Notes: generated from the sequence alone by a model not told the origin. A DNA stretch of 64,000 nt from Candidatus Latescibacterota bacterium (GCA_965208125.1 OZ242320.1:800001-864000); one strand, 5' to 3'; numbered from the stretch's first letter, positions 1 to 10,389 are shown. Translations and numbers: made by a program.

Positions 1-332
1 AGTTCTCGTTTCAGAGGATCCAGAACATAGCCCAGGGCTTCAAGAGTAACAACACCCAGAAGATTGCTATCGCCGGGTTCACCAAAAATAACAGGTGCTG
101 CACCCCGGTGTTCTTTGTAGCGAAACAGCGCATCGCCCAAATCGCGTTCAATTTGATCGCCATTTGCCAGCGTAAAAGTTCGACGAGAATGCGGTCGAAT
201 GCCCAATGCCTCAAGAACAGATCGCTGAACCACAGAATAGACAGCACCTGAGTCAATCAAAAAATGCTCGGTCTGAAAATCTTCTGAACGAGCGGGATTG
301 GCGATATCAATGTCGAGAAATACGAGTCCCAT
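1..332 (-). CDS. Retropepsin-like (clan AA) aspartic protease, 3' end outside window; absent from ORF track
   Basis: Manual translation from ATG at 332: MGLVFLDIDIANPARSEDFQTEHFLIDSGAVYSVV...TFTLANG...PVIFGEPGDSNLLGVVTLEALGYVLDPLKREL; catalytic D-S-G and LLG motif. Confidence 0.85.
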   Translation of the reverse strand, partial: MGLVFLDIDIANPARSEDFQTEHFLIDSGAVYSVVQRSVLEALGIRPHSRRTFTLANGDQIERDLGDALFRYKEHRGAAPVIFGEPGDSNLLGVVTLEALGYVLDPLKRE

Positions 333-364
333 GCTTTCAATAATAGGAAGGAAAATGTCAGGTG

Positions 365-682
365 TTATTTGATCAGCAGCCCGGCGACGGCACAGATCGC
401 AATAACGGCAGCAATGACACAAGAAATTTGCCAATTGCGCGTGTTGCCAAACTCTTGCTTTGCAGATTGTATTTCTTGTTTTAGTTCATCCCGTAAGTCC
501 CGAAACCCCGCATCCATTCTACTGTTGACGTCGTCGATCTTGTCAAACAAGCGGTTTATAGCTTGTGTCAATTCGCTTTTGGTATTGTCAACATCGGTTT
601 GCATACGTTCAACGCGCTTGCCAAATTGGTCAAATTGCCCCTTGAGTTCTGCTTGTTCTTTTTCAACTGCTTCAATCGCCAT
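365..682 (-). CDS. Small coiled-coil protein with C-terminal TM helix (DUF1640/XhlA-like architecture)
   Basis: Heptad-rich charged region then hydrophobic C-terminus; GAGGA RBS upstream. Confidence 0.6.
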   Translation of the reverse strand: MAIEAVEKEQAELKGQFDQFGKRVERMQTDVDNTKSELTQAINRLFDKIDDVNSRMDAGFRDLRDELKQEIQSAKQEFGNTRNWQISCVIAAVIAICAVAGLLIK

Positions 683-888
683 TTTTATCCTCTTGAACGA
701 GTTTAAACTTAAGCACTTCTAAGGCGTGACCTCTTCGACTATCTGATCGCCTCTTCGCAAAAACTACCCGATAAAGGTTACATTGTCCAGCGATATTTTG
801 CTTATTGCACTCGCTTGCCATCCGCCATTTCCTAGTGAACTGGTCTGGACTGCGACCAGTTGTACACCGTTCCACACTTCCTACTTCT

Positions 889-1677
889 CTACGGCATCCC
901 TCTTCGCCCACCGCCATCCATATAAATCGAACTGCCAAACACATAAGAACACGCCTCAGACGCCAAAAAAGCAACGACATTGGCGATCTCTTCAGGCTCA
1001 GCCATACGCCCGGCGGGCAACTCTGCGCCCAGGTCTTTGAGCACCGCCTCGACATCTCGCCCCTCGCGGTCTGCCCGCGCCCTTTGTTGCGAACGTGCGC
1101 GGGGCGTATTGGTCAACCCCGGGCAAACCGCATTCACCAGAACACCATCGCCAGACACCGCATCGGACAGCGCGCGCGTCATATTCAAAATGATCGCATT
1201 TGCCGCCCCCGTCGGAATATTGCCCCGCGTAGGACTCGTACCCGCGCCACCCGCGACATTGACAATACGCCCCCATCCACTTTCTCGCATCAACGGAATC
1301 ACCAACTGCGTCATCCGCAAATAACTATAGCTCTTCAACGCCAACGCCTCGCTAATCTGCGCCACATCCAAATCCAAAATATCGTCATTGCGCGCAGCAC
1401 CCACATTATTGACCAGCACATCCACACCCCCAAACGCGCCTATAGCCTCATTCACCACCACCTCACAATTCTCCTCCAGCGTCAAATCAACCGCAACCGC
1501 ATGCCCTTCCCCGCCCGCTGCATTAATCTCGACAACCACCGCATCCAACGTCTCCTGCGTACGCGCCGCAATACACACACGCGCCCCTTCCCGCGCCAAT
1601 GCCAGCGCGCAACAACGCCCAATCCCCTGACTGCCACCCGTAACAACCGCCCGCTTACCTTTCAATCCCAAATCCAT
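889..1677 (-). CDS. Short-chain dehydrogenase/reductase (SDR)
   Basis: TGGSQGIG Rossmann motif, LVNNVG, VNAVCPG, MDGG C-terminus; canonical YxxxK appears replaced (TGAAN). Confidence 0.9.
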   Translation of the reverse strand: MDLGLKGKRAVVTGGSQGIGRCCALALAREGARVCIAARTQETLDAVVVEINAAGGEGHAVAVDLTLEENCEVVVNEAIGAFGGVDVLVNNVGAARNDDILDLDVAQISEALALKSYSYLRMTQLVIPLMRESGWGRIVNVAGGAGTSPTRGNIPTGAANAIILNMTRALSDAVSGDGVLVNAVCPGLTNTPRARSQQRARADREGRDVEAVLKDLGAELPAGRMAEPEEIANVVAFLASEACSYVFGSSIYMDGGGRRGMP

Positions 1678-1690
1678 TTACTCACTCCGT

Positions 1691-2467
1691 TTATGCAATT
1701 TCCTTTCTAATCCCATCCCACTCCCGCCAGATATCCATAAACACATCCTTGCCATTCTCCCCGATATCGACATGCCTCGCCCTGAAAATCACGGCATATC
1801 GAATATCTGGACACGCATTAATCGCCGCCGTATGAATAATCTGATGATGCGCCAGAATGAGATCGCCAGGCTCACCGGTCAACTGCACCGGACCTTCGGG
1901 CACCGTCACATCGGGCATATAATTCAACAAAATCTCATGCCCTTTTTCCCGAAAAACATCCTCCATCACATGGTGTGACTTTGGCCAAACCGTAAAATTG
2001 CCGCAATACGGCGCGGGCACATCATCCAGATAAACCACGGCAAAAGCCGTAAAATCCCGACTATAACCGCTCTCTTCAACTGTCCCCCTCAAAAAATCGC
2101 GCGCCTTTGCAATCCCATCCAGATGCCCACCCGTTCGCAATGGCGGACCCGCAGTCGCGAGTTGGGGATCCCGTTGTGGCGTCCCAACCGGCGCGGGAAA
2201 ATTCAGCTTTATAGCACCGTGGCCCTGGCGTTGCAAATTCCCCTTACCCAAAGCCGATTCGAGCAATGAAAACACCGGCGTCTCGTTAAACATATCCGTA
2301 ATCACCGGCATCGCGCGAATATCCCCAAAAGAACGCCTGTCGCCCTTCCCAATCTCCGCATTAATTGCCTGCCGTGCCGCCTCCACCATCACCCCTGGCA
2401 CAGCACCCTCAATTTTCAAAAATCCTTCGCTGTAAAATTCCAACTTCTGAGACTTTGTCAATTCCAT
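1691..2467 (-). CDS. Phytanoyl-CoA dioxygenase (PhyH) family Fe(II)/2OG oxygenase
   Basis: FYSEGFL N-terminus, H-L-D, VWPKSH, PGDLILAH..IIH; GAGGAG RBS. Confidence 0.85.
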   Translation of the reverse strand: MELTKSQKLEFYSEGFLKIEGAVPGVMVEAARQAINAEIGKGDRRSFGDIRAMPVITDMFNETPVFSLLESALGKGNLQRQGHGAIKLNFPAPVGTPQRDPQLATAGPPLRTGGHLDGIAKARDFLRGTVEESGYSRDFTAFAVVYLDDVPAPYCGNFTVWPKSHHVMEDVFREKGHEILLNYMPDVTVPEGPVQLTGEPGDLILAHHQIIHTAAINACPDIRYAVIFRARHVDIGENGKDVFMDIWREWDGIRKEIA

Positions 2468-2477
2468 CACACTCTCC

Positions 2478-3239
2478 TCACGGTGACCACAGACCCCAAT
2501 CTTCCGTCTTCTTCCATCGGGTCTGACACCCTTTACACGAACAAAAATACCGCATCATCCAGCGTGGGCGCCCGCCCACATTTGCCGTGCCATTGTGTCC
2601 AAATAAATACGTAAAAAACAACACATCCCCACGTTTAGGCGTCAACTCAATCGGATCGCCCAACTCCAGCCCGGGAATATCCCGGTTCAGATGAAACAGA
2701 TATTTGTACTTTTCTCGATCCGACTCTGCCAATGCGAGAATCTTGCGATGCGAACCGGGAAAAATCGCCGTCCCACCCCCCTTGTGTTTCACATCGCTCA
2801 AAAATACCAGACTCGCAATGCGATAAGGACCGGGAAACGTCTCGTGCATGTGTTCTTTGGGAATGCCATCAACGTGCGCCCTGGGCAAAGACCACTCCCC
2901 ATTGACCGGAACTTTATTTTGCGTGTGAACCGCTTCAGGTGGATGCACCTCCTCTTCGCCGACCAACTCAGCCGTCGCCTTCAAATAGTGCGGCGTTGCA
3001 CAGGCCATCAAATCCCGATCACGAAGACCGTTGAACACCGACAATCCCCGCGCAGCCTGAAAACCAGCAACACCTTCGGGTTCTCGATGCCAGGTCTCTG
3101 GATCACCCGGCGCCATACCCATAATCCGCCACATTGCAGCTTCTGCCCGTTCTGCCACATCCTCGGGAATCAAACCCGACGCCAGAAGATACCCATCTCT
3201 TTCGTATTGCGCGCGTTGCGCTTCCGTTAAAACTCCCAT
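2478..3239 (-). CDS. PhyH family dioxygenase
   Basis: YERDGYL, H-V-D, FPGSH, GDVLFF...GHNG. Confidence 0.85.
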   Translation of the reverse strand: MGVLTEAQRAQYERDGYLLASGLIPEDVAERAEAAMWRIMGMAPGDPETWHREPEGVAGFQAARGLSVFNGLRDRDLMACATPHYLKATAELVGEEEVHPPEAVHTQNKVPVNGEWSLPRAHVDGIPKEHMHETFPGPYRIASLVFLSDVKHKGGGTAIFPGSHRKILALAESDREKYKYLFHLNRDIPGLELGDPIELTPKRGDVLFFTYLFGHNGTANVGGRPRWMMRYFCSCKGCQTRWKKTEDWGLWSP

Positions 3240-3259
3240 AGGATTCCTCCATTAGCCAT

Positions 3260-4120
3260 TCAATTCCACGACGTCAAACCCAACAACTTCTCACCCAATT
3301 CCGTCAACTTCGCCGGCTTCTGCGTCTTGTGTTCCCAATCCCTCGGATCACCCGGCCAGCGGGGCGTGGGTCTGCACGCTCGCCATGCCTGAATGCGCTC
3401 TTCCCGCTCTGCCTCTCCCCGACCCTCTGCTGGCGACATCGTAATATACTGCGCCAGACGGGGCCTATCCGAGCGATTGTGCCCATTGCCGTGTGCCAGC
3501 AACCGATGCCAGATCAAAAGATCGCCCGCCCTGCCCGGAATCGACTTCACTTCCAGATCATCCAGATTGGGTCGCCGGGGATCGCGATCCTCTGGCTGTG
3601 TCTTGACCCACTCCTCAAAAATATTATTAAACCCCGGCACACACTGAAACCCGCCCTGATCCTCTGAAGTATCCGTCAAATACAACACCCCCTGCACCCC
3701 AAAAGGCACTTTGGGCACAGACGTATCCGTATCCCAGTGAATCATGCCCTCATTTTGCCAATCGGGTTTATCCGCCCGCGAAGGCGGCTTCATATTCGCG
3801 CGATCCAGGGACACCCACAACTTCTCCGTACCCCAAATTTCGGAAAACGCCTGATGCAAGCGGGGATACTGCCGGTTATCCCACAACGCCTGATGCTGGT
3901 AAATCTCCACCATCCCCGATGCCGCAATCATCGAACACGGATTCCCGCGCGTATAGGGTTTGTACTTGTACCAATCCTCTGGATTATCGCGATCCATATC
4001 CAAAAATGTCCAGACCGCATCCACCATCGCATCCAAATTCTCCTGCGGCACCGCATTGTGTACCACCACATACCCATTCTCACGCCAAAAATCCCAATCC
4101 TTCTCGCTCAAAACTGGCAT
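3260..4120 (-). CDS. PhyH family dioxygenase
   Basis: WRENGYVV, H-W-D, QGVLYLTD, AGDLLIWH..LAHGNG, PRLAQY. Confidence 0.9.
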   Translation of the reverse strand: MPVLSEKDWDFWRENGYVVVHNAVPQENLDAMVDAVWTFLDMDRDNPEDWYKYKPYTRGNPCSMIAASGMVEIYQHQALWDNRQYPRLHQAFSEIWGTEKLWVSLDRANMKPPSRADKPDWQNEGMIHWDTDTSVPKVPFGVQGVLYLTDTSEDQGGFQCVPGFNNIFEEWVKTQPEDRDPRRPNLDDLEVKSIPGRAGDLLIWHRLLAHGNGHNRSDRPRLAQYITMSPAEGRGEAEREERIQAWRACRPTPRWPGDPRDWEHKTQKPAKLTELGEKLLGLTSWN

Positions 4121-4214
4121 CTTTGTTCTCCTTTTCTCTAAAAATATATCCGAATAGGTATAACGCCTTCCAGCTCTTCTTTTTTATCTGCGTTCAGGCT
4201 CAAATTATTCGCCT

Positions 4215-5123
4215 TCATTCTGCGGATCGCCTTCTCACTTCAGTCCCCGCAGTCTTCTCCGCCACCTTAATCGACGCTGTCTGATCTTCATCACCCAACC
4301 CCATCCCCATCGCGATGGTCTGAATCTGATACGCAGCCGCGCCCATCAAATTTGTCGCACCCAGTGAAGCGGCCATCTGCGCAGCCAACCCGAGATCCTT
4401 GTGCGACAACCGCAATTTAAAATAGGGTTCAAAATTTCGCGCCAGTGCGCGGCGCTTAAAACTCCCCTGCAAATGCGACGAATTTGCAGCCGTATTCGAC
4501 ATCACATTCCACAACACACCCACATCCAACCCCGCAGCAGCACCCATCGCAAAAGCCTCACCCAACAGCGTAGCAACCGAACACGACACCAGATTATTGA
4601 CCAGCTTAGTCGTCACACCCATGCCCAACTCGCCACAATAAAACTGCTCGTCGCCTAACGTATCCAGCACATCTTGCACAGACGCCACCACATCGGCATC
4701 GCCGCCAATCATCAGCGTCAATCCCCCCCGCGCCGCGTCTGCCGGACCCTTGCCCACAGGCACATCCAGCATATACCCGCCCTTTTCCGCTATAACCCTG
4801 CCAACCCTGCGCGTCGTATCCGGATCAATCGAACTCATATCGATATAAACCTGCCCCACCGACAACCCGGAAACAATACCATCCGGTCCCAAAGCGACTT
4901 GCTCAACAGCTTGCGGCGTCGGCAGCGAAGAAATAACAACCTCCGACTGCTCGGCAACCGCCCGGGGCGTATTCACCCCCGTTGCCCCCTTCTCCTGCAA
5001 AACCTGCACCGCTTCATCGCGCAAATCGTGAACCGCGACATCATAACCACTCGCAACCAGATGACTCGCCATCCCACCACCCATCATCCCCAGCCCCACA
5101 TATCCCAATTTTCGTTTCACCAT
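4215..5123 (-). CDS. NAD(P)-dependent beta-hydroxyacid dehydrogenase (3-hydroxyisobutyrate/tartronate semialdehyde reductase family)
   Basis: GLGMMGGGMA, IDMSSI, DVPVG, LTLMIGG, KLVNN, KDLGLA motifs. Confidence 0.9.
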   Translation of the reverse strand: MVKRKLGYVGLGMMGGGMASHLVASGYDVAVHDLRDEAVQVLQEKGATGVNTPRAVAEQSEVVISSLPTPQAVEQVALGPDGIVSGLSVGQVYIDMSSIDPDTTRRVGRVIAEKGGYMLDVPVGKGPADAARGGLTLMIGGDADVVASVQDVLDTLGDEQFYCGELGMGVTTKLVNNLVSCSVATLLGEAFAMGAAAGLDVGVLWNVMSNTAANSSHLQGSFKRRALARNFEPYFKLRLSHKDLGLAAQMAASLGATNLMGAAAYQIQTIAMGMGLGDEDQTASIKVAEKTAGTEVRRRSAE

Positions 5124-5146
5124 CTCACCTCTTCAAATGCTAAATG

Positions 5147-5620
5147 TTAATCAACACTCGGATCCGGATGAATTGGATCAACCCAATACACCTTCTCCGG
5201 CTCTTCAACAACCGGAATATCCAGATTCACCACCACAGGCTCCTGATCGCTGCGCACCAGCACGCACTCCAGAGGCTCATCCACACTGGCATTGATCTCC
5301 TGATGCGGCACGTAGGGTGGCACATAAATAAAATCACCCGGACCCGCCTCTGCCACATACTCCAACTGATCGCCCCATCTCATGCGCGCCCTGCCGCTCA
5401 CCACATAAATCACACTCTCCAGCGCCCCGTGGTGATGCGCCCCCGTCTTTGCATTCGGATGAATCTCAACCGTACCCGCCCACAACTTCTCAGCTCCCGC
5501 ACTCGCCCGATTAATCGCCGCTGCCCGCGTCATCCCCGGTGTCTGAGGCGTATTAAAATCCAACTGATCACCTGTCACCACCCGCACCCCCTGATTTCGC
5601 CAATCCTTATTTTCTAACAT
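5147..5620 (-). CDS. Cupin-2 domain protein
   Basis: GAHHHGALESVIYVVSG and GDFIYVPPYVPHQE cupin motifs. Confidence 0.9.
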   Translation of the reverse strand: MLENKDWRNQGVRVVTGDQLDFNTPQTPGMTRAAAINRASAGAEKLWAGTVEIHPNAKTGAHHHGALESVIYVVSGRARMRWGDQLEYVAEAGPGDFIYVPPYVPHQEINASVDEPLECVLVRSDQEPVVVNLDIPVVEEPEKVYWVDPIHPDPSVD

Positions 5621-5640
5621 AACACCTCCATCCAGAGCGC

Positions 5641-7107
5641 CTATCCAATCGCCTCTCGCTCGCGCCAGCGATACATCCGCAAAGCCGGATCATTGGTCTC
5701 CACCATCCACTGCTGCAACCGCGCCTTCAATCGCGCCACATCATCGGCATAATCGGGATCATCAATCACATTATTCATCTCATGGGGATCGTTCTTCAGA
5801 TCGTACAACTCGTCCTGCCCCGTCAAATTACACCCGTATTTCAAATCCCCCATACGCAGCATCTTCATCGACGTAGCCACATTGCCCAAACCCAAAAACT
5901 CCGTCACCACAGCATCGCGCCAACCCGTCGCCTCGCCGCGAACAAGCGGCAACAGCGACGCACCGTGAATCGCATCCCCATCATAATGTCCACCTGCCAG
6001 ATCCAAAATCGTGGGATACATATCCGCCAGCGAAGCAAACTCCGCAACGCGCGCTCCCGCATGTGAACCATCCGGCAACCGAATAATCATCGGAACATGA
6101 TGCGTCTCTTCAAAATGATGCCACCCCTTATCCAGCAACCCCCCGTGACTGCCCAGCGTCTCGCCGTGGTCCGCCGTAAAAATCAGCACCGTATTGTCCA
6201 ATTCTCCACTCGCCTTCAAATAATCGTACAGCCGACCAATCTGACTGTCGATCATCGACACCCGCGCATAATAATAGCGCACCGCCATCGCCCAATCTTC
6301 CCACGTCAAATTTTCCTTATCCCAGTGAATCTTCAAATGATGCGGACCGGGAATCTCCCGCGAAGGCCACTCGTAATTTCCCCACGGCGGAATCTCCACA
6401 TCCCGATACCAGTCCAGAAACTCACCCGTCGCGTGATACGGCCCGTGCGGACCCCAGAAATTCAAACTGATAAAATACGGCAGCTCGCGCTCTCGAAACG
6501 ACCTGCTCATCTCAATCACATTATCCACCAGATACGCCGGCACCGTCGCCTCCGTTGGCACAGTCAACTCACCCACTCCTTTGCGGACCATTGTAGTCGC
6601 CTCTGCCCAGGGCTTCACGCCCGGCTCATAACCCTTTGCCCGCGCCCATGCCTGATAATCCGAATAACTCGAACCAGCCCCGCCGTGCCCGGCAAAATCC
6701 TGCCCTTCATACCCGATACGCGAAGGCGAAGATGGCCTATTCGACCCCTGAAATGTCTGTGTCTTCTCAGAGCCGAGATGCCACTTCCCCGTATATCCCG
6801 TCCCATAACCCGCCGCTTGCAAACGCCGCGACAACAGTTCGGGCCGATCCTCCAACTCGTGAACACTACACCCCACCTCGTGGATATTTGACGTAATGCC
6901 GTGGGTATGCGGATACACGCCCGTTTGCAGCGTACCCCGCGCCGGACTACACACCGGATAAACCGTATAAGCATTCTCAAACAACACGCCCTCTGCTGCA
7001 AGGCGATCGATATTCGGCGTACGGCACGGCGTCTCACCATAAGCACTCACGCCCGACAGGCGATGTTGGTCAGTTAAAATAAAAATAATATTAGGTCTAT
7101 CTGCCAT
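5641..7107 (-). CDS. Formylglycine-dependent sulfatase (Cys-type, no signal peptide)
   Basis: PNIIFILTDQ, CSPAR (CxPxR), GKWHLG, TADHG, ELYDL..DP.E. Confidence 0.95.
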   Translation of the reverse strand: MADRPNIIFILTDQHRLSGVSAYGETPCRTPNIDRLAAEGVLFENAYTVYPVCSPARGTLQTGVYPHTHGITSNIHEVGCSVHELEDRPELLSRRLQAAGYGTGYTGKWHLGSEKTQTFQGSNRPSSPSRIGYEGQDFAGHGGAGSSYSDYQAWARAKGYEPGVKPWAEATTMVRKGVGELTVPTEATVPAYLVDNVIEMSRSFRERELPYFISLNFWGPHGPYHATGEFLDWYRDVEIPPWGNYEWPSREIPGPHHLKIHWDKENLTWEDWAMAVRYYYARVSMIDSQIGRLYDYLKASGELDNTVLIFTADHGETLGSHGGLLDKGWHHFEETHHVPMIIRLPDGSHAGARVAEFASLADMYPTILDLAGGHYDGDAIHGASLLPLVRGEATGWRDAVVTEFLGLGNVATSMKMLRMGDLKYGCNLTGQDELYDLKNDPHEMNNVIDDPDYADDVARLKARLQQWMVETNDPALRMYRWREREAIG

Positions 7108-7867
7108 TTAATCCCTCCCAATATTCCCACATATCATCTGGTGTTTCAAACTGCAACTCATTCCAATTCTTCCACTTAAACCGCGTAAACAACCCCATGC
7201 GGATATTGCGACTGCAATTCTTACTCGCGCTGTGAACCATCAAACCGTGCCAGAAAACCACCGTCCCCGCGGGACCAGTAATCTCCATCGGATCGGGCAA
7301 ATCAATAATCGTCCCCATGTGAATCTGATTGGGCGGCTCATCGGGATCTAAAAACTGGCGATTCACACTCAACAAAGAATGCGACTTAAAATAATCCGCC
7401 ATCTTCTCATGCGTACCGGGCCACACGCAAAATCCCCCTGAGCGGGGCTTGATATCACAGAGATACACAGTCGCAGCAATCGTAAAACCCGCCACCGTCA
7501 AATCTTTTTGCCCATAGCCATCTACATGCCCACCCGAAGGCTTTGACCACTTATCCGTACCCGTGGGATAGCGGAACAACGGCGTCGGCTCAGCCCACTC
7601 GGTCAACCGCCCTTTGCCCGCCATCTCTTCGGCCATATCAAACACACCGTAATCATACACAATCGACCTGTGCAACGTCGGAGTCTTGCTCTCAGGCTTC
7701 TTCGGCTCGGCATTCACCCACGTCTTCGGATCGTGGCGGTCTGCCCAAACACCATGCCAGAGGCCATCCACGGCGCGTTCCATCAAATCCTCGGGCAAAA
7801 CATCCCGCTTAACGAGATACCCATTATCTTTAAAAAACTGTTTCTCATCATGAGTAAGCAACCCCAT
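7097..7867 (-). CDS. PhyH family dioxygenase (paralog of 12235-12975)
   Basis: FFKDNGYL, H-V-D, WPGTH, MVHS; C-terminal LQFETPDDMWEYWE shared with 12235-12975. Confidence 0.85.
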   Translation of the reverse strand: MGLLTHDEKQFFKDNGYLVKRDVLPEDLMERAVDGLWHGVWADRHDPKTWVNAEPKKPESKTPTLHRSIVYDYGVFDMAEEMAGKGRLTEWAEPTPLFRYPTGTDKWSKPSGGHVDGYGQKDLTVAGFTIAATVYLCDIKPRSGGFCVWPGTHEKMADYFKSHSLLSVNRQFLDPDEPPNQIHMGTIIDLPDPMEITGPAGTVVFWHGLMVHSASKNCSRNIRMGLFTRFKWKNWNELQFETPDDMWEYWEGLNGR

Positions 7868-7892
7868 GATACACTCCCTTTATACAAAACGC

Positions 7893-7921
7893 TTGCCAAT
7901 GATATCAGATTCTGCTATCAT
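7893..7921 (+). promoter_or_regulatory. sigma70 promoter of hicAB with overlapping palindromic operator
   Basis: TTGCCA(7893)-17 bp-TATCAT(7916) with extended TG; inverted repeat TGATATCAGA-T-TCTGCTATCA (7900-7920, one mismatch). Confidence 0.75.
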
Positions 7922-7928
7922 CTAAACA

Positions 7929-8180
7929 ATGAACCGACGACACCAGAACACCTTAAACGACATCTTCAGAACGCCCGTCCCTTCCACATTGGAATGGCGG
8001 CGTATCGAAGCCCTTTTCAAAGCACTTGGAGCCAGAACTATTGAAGGCAGAGGTTCGCGCGTGAGATTTGAACTGAACCGCGTTATCGCTACTTTTCGCC
8101 CTCATCCCCAGAAAGAGGCGAAGCCATATCAAGTGCGTGATGCCAGACACTTTCTACAACAAGCGGGAATAACACCATGA
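7929..8180 (+). CDS. hicA: Type II TA toxin, HicA family
   Basis: 83 aa, EGRGSRVRF and RPHPQKEAKPYQV motifs; ATGA overlap with downstream antitoxin. Confidence 0.9.
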   Translation: MNRRHQNTLNDIFRTPVPSTLEWRRIEALFKALGARTIEGRGSRVRFELNRVIATFRPHPQKEAKPYQVRDARHFLQQAGITP

Positions 8181-8512
8181 ACACTATGACATATAAAGGA
8201 TATGCCGCTCGCATTGAATACAGCGATGAAGACCATTGCTTTATTGGTCACATAGCGGGCATCAACGACATCGTAGGGTTTCACGGCGATTCAGTTGCAC
8301 AACTGCGTACCGCATTTGAAGAAGCAGTGGAAGATTATCTCGAAACCTGCGAAAAATTAAATCGTCCTCCACAAAAGCCCTATTCTGGCAATTTGATGTT
8401 GCGCCTTCCCCCAGAAGTTCACGCAGCGATTGCCACAGCTGCTGAAGTCAGTGGCAAAAGCATCAATCAATGGACAACCGATACACTCGCTGATATCCTG
8501 CAGACACACTAA
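8177..8512 (+). CDS. hicB: Type II TA antitoxin, HicB family
   Basis: MTYKGYAARIEYS, FEEAVEDYLE, KPYSGNLMLRLPPEVH RHH motif. Confidence 0.92.
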   Translation: MNTMTYKGYAARIEYSDEDHCFIGHIAGINDIVGFHGDSVAQLRTAFEEAVEDYLETCEKLNRPPQKPYSGNLMLRLPPEVHAAIATAAEVSGKSINQWTTDTLADILQTH

Positions 8513-8514
8513 CA

Positions 8515-9369
8515 CTAAGCCGCCACGGCTTTCTCACCCAGATGCTCCTCAATCCACGCCTTCAAAGGCACATCCTCGGGTTTGGGCGACGTATATCCAA
8601 AACCACCCGAAGGACTCGCACCCAACAACTGCCTGCGAATGGGATCGCTCCGCTCCATAAAATGATCCACCGTCATATTGTCGCGGGGCCTCAACCAGCG
8701 ATAGCTATAGCCGTAAAACAGCGTACGCCTGGGCGAATCCCAATAATTTGTACTGCTCGAATGCCAGATACGCCGATCAAAAACAACCGCACTACCTTTC
8801 GGCACACACACTTGCATGCCGCCCTCGGGCATTTCCGAGCGACTTTCGCCCGGAAACACATTGCCCAGATGCGAACCGGGAACCACAACAAAATTCCCGC
8901 GACCAGGCTCTGAAGCATCCGTCAAAAAGAACGCCACCTTCAGCGAAATCCTCGGGCGCGGATTCGTCTCAATATCGAGATTGAGGCGACCGCTATCCTG
9001 GTGAAATCCAAGCCCCGGTCCATCTTTATCAAGCGACTTTTCCGGACCAACAGGAGGCGTCACAATCATATGAGAATGATACAGCTGAATATTCCAATTC
9101 AGCAACCCCCATACCTTTGGAAAAGTCTTATACCAATCGAGCAACTCCAAAAACAAATCGTCCTGACCGATAAAATCCAGCATATTGGACCGCTGATCCG
9201 GCCCAATGCCCTCTCGCTCTCGATGCGCGCCATCCACGCGATCTACAACCGGCACCAACTCATCCACCAGATCCTCTGGCAACACGCTCTCGAGAATAAA
9301 AAATCCATCGCGTTCAAACTTCAACCGCTCCTCTTCGGTCACGCAATAATCCAGACATCTCGCGTCCAT
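8515..9369 (-). CDS. PhyH family dioxygenase
   Basis: FERDGFF, H-Q-D, VVPGSH, FDRRIWHS, FYGYSYRW. Confidence 0.9.
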   Translation of the reverse strand: MDARCLDYCVTEEERLKFERDGFFILESVLPEDLVDELVPVVDRVDGAHREREGIGPDQRSNMLDFIGQDDLFLELLDWYKTFPKVWGLLNWNIQLYHSHMIVTPPVGPEKSLDKDGPGLGFHQDSGRLNLDIETNPRPRISLKVAFFLTDASEPGRGNFVVVPGSHLGNVFPGESRSEMPEGGMQVCVPKGSAVVFDRRIWHSSSTNYWDSPRRTLFYGYSYRWLRPRDNMTVDHFMERSDPIRRQLLGASPSGGFGYTSPKPEDVPLKAWIEEHLGEKAVAA

Positions 9370-9450
9370 AACAACACGCCTCCTTAACTCCGTGTGAGTG
9401 GAAAACCCTCTCCCGATTCCATCACCAGAATACTACACCTGCGCATCAAC

Positions 9451-10344
9451 TCATACAACCTCCTTTTCAAGCTCTGCCAAACGCGCCTTCTGCTCCACCA
9501 GCATGCGCTCTCGCTCGCGGCGGAACTCCGTATAATACCGCTCTCGCTTGCCCGTAATGCGGTAATCCAATCGCTCGACACCCAGCGCCCTCAACACCAC
9601 TCTCTCCACCAGTGAAAAATCATCGGGATCCTCGCGGTTAAAATTCATAGGCTCTTTAAATGCAACCGGAGGATTCGTAATAAACCGAGGACGCCCCGAA
9701 GGATTTGGCGCAGCAGAATGCAACATATACGGATGAATCAGATACACATCGCCCGCATTACCCGTCGCCTCGACAAACTCCTCACATCCCTCAATCATCT
9801 TCCCAAACGAACCCGTCGGTTCCAGCCCCTCGGGATGATCGTACAAAAACCGCGCAACTTTTGGAATCGAATCCGGCGCAAGATACGTACCGCCGCTATT
9901 GGGCAACACATCATCCCAAACCACCACCGTCAACAAACCCTGCTCTGGGCTATCCAGAAAATGCCGAAAAAAATTGCCATCCTTGTGCCATCCCCTGTGC
10001 TTTGCCGACGGAACATAGGGATCATCGGCATCTTTGTGAAAATTGATAATAAACCCATCCCCCCACGAAGGCTCACCCTCGATGCGCTCTGCCCCGCCCA
10101 TCACATCGCATATCCCATCCCATGCCTTTGGCGCGAGATCGGCAACTGCCCGCCGGTTCATCGACGGCATGTGAATGCGATCCTCCACCCAGGTCGTGGG
10201 ATCATCCCTGTCATACCCCAACCGCAGATATGCCAGATCGAGCCAATCCTGAATCTCCGCCTTCTCAAAACACCCCTCTATCTTCACATATCCCTTCTCC
10301 ACAAAATGCGCTGCCTGCGCGTCTGTCAATACCTTGAATGTCAC
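9451..10344 (-). CDS. PhyH family dioxygenase
   Basis: FVEKGYV, W-H-K-D, AGDVYLIHPYMLHS, PRF; GTG start with GGAGG RBS. Confidence 0.88.
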   Translation of the reverse strand: MTFKVLTDAQAAHFVEKGYVKIEGCFEKAEIQDWLDLAYLRLGYDRDDPTTWVEDRIHMPSMNRRAVADLAPKAWDGICDVMGGAERIEGEPSWGDGFIINFHKDADDPYVPSAKHRGWHKDGNFFRHFLDSPEQGLLTVVVWDDVLPNSGGTYLAPDSIPKVARFLYDHPEGLEPTGSFGKMIEGCEEFVEATGNAGDVYLIHPYMLHSAAPNPSGRPRFITNPPVAFKEPMNFNREDPDDFSLVERVVLRALGVERLDYRITGKRERYYTEFRRERERMLVEQKARLAELEKEVV

Positions 10345-10363
10345 ATCAACCTCCTGTGCAAAT

Positions 10364-10389
10364 GGGCGGGTTGGGAAACCCGCCCCTAC
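10364..10389. repeat. GTAG-type REP palindrome; supplies the stop codon of 10386-11306
   Basis: gggcgggttgggaaacccgcccctac. Confidence 0.75.

Noticed and set aside
4130-4212. AT-rich patch between catabolic genes as a gene remnant
   Set aside because: Too short and no recognisable motif in any frame
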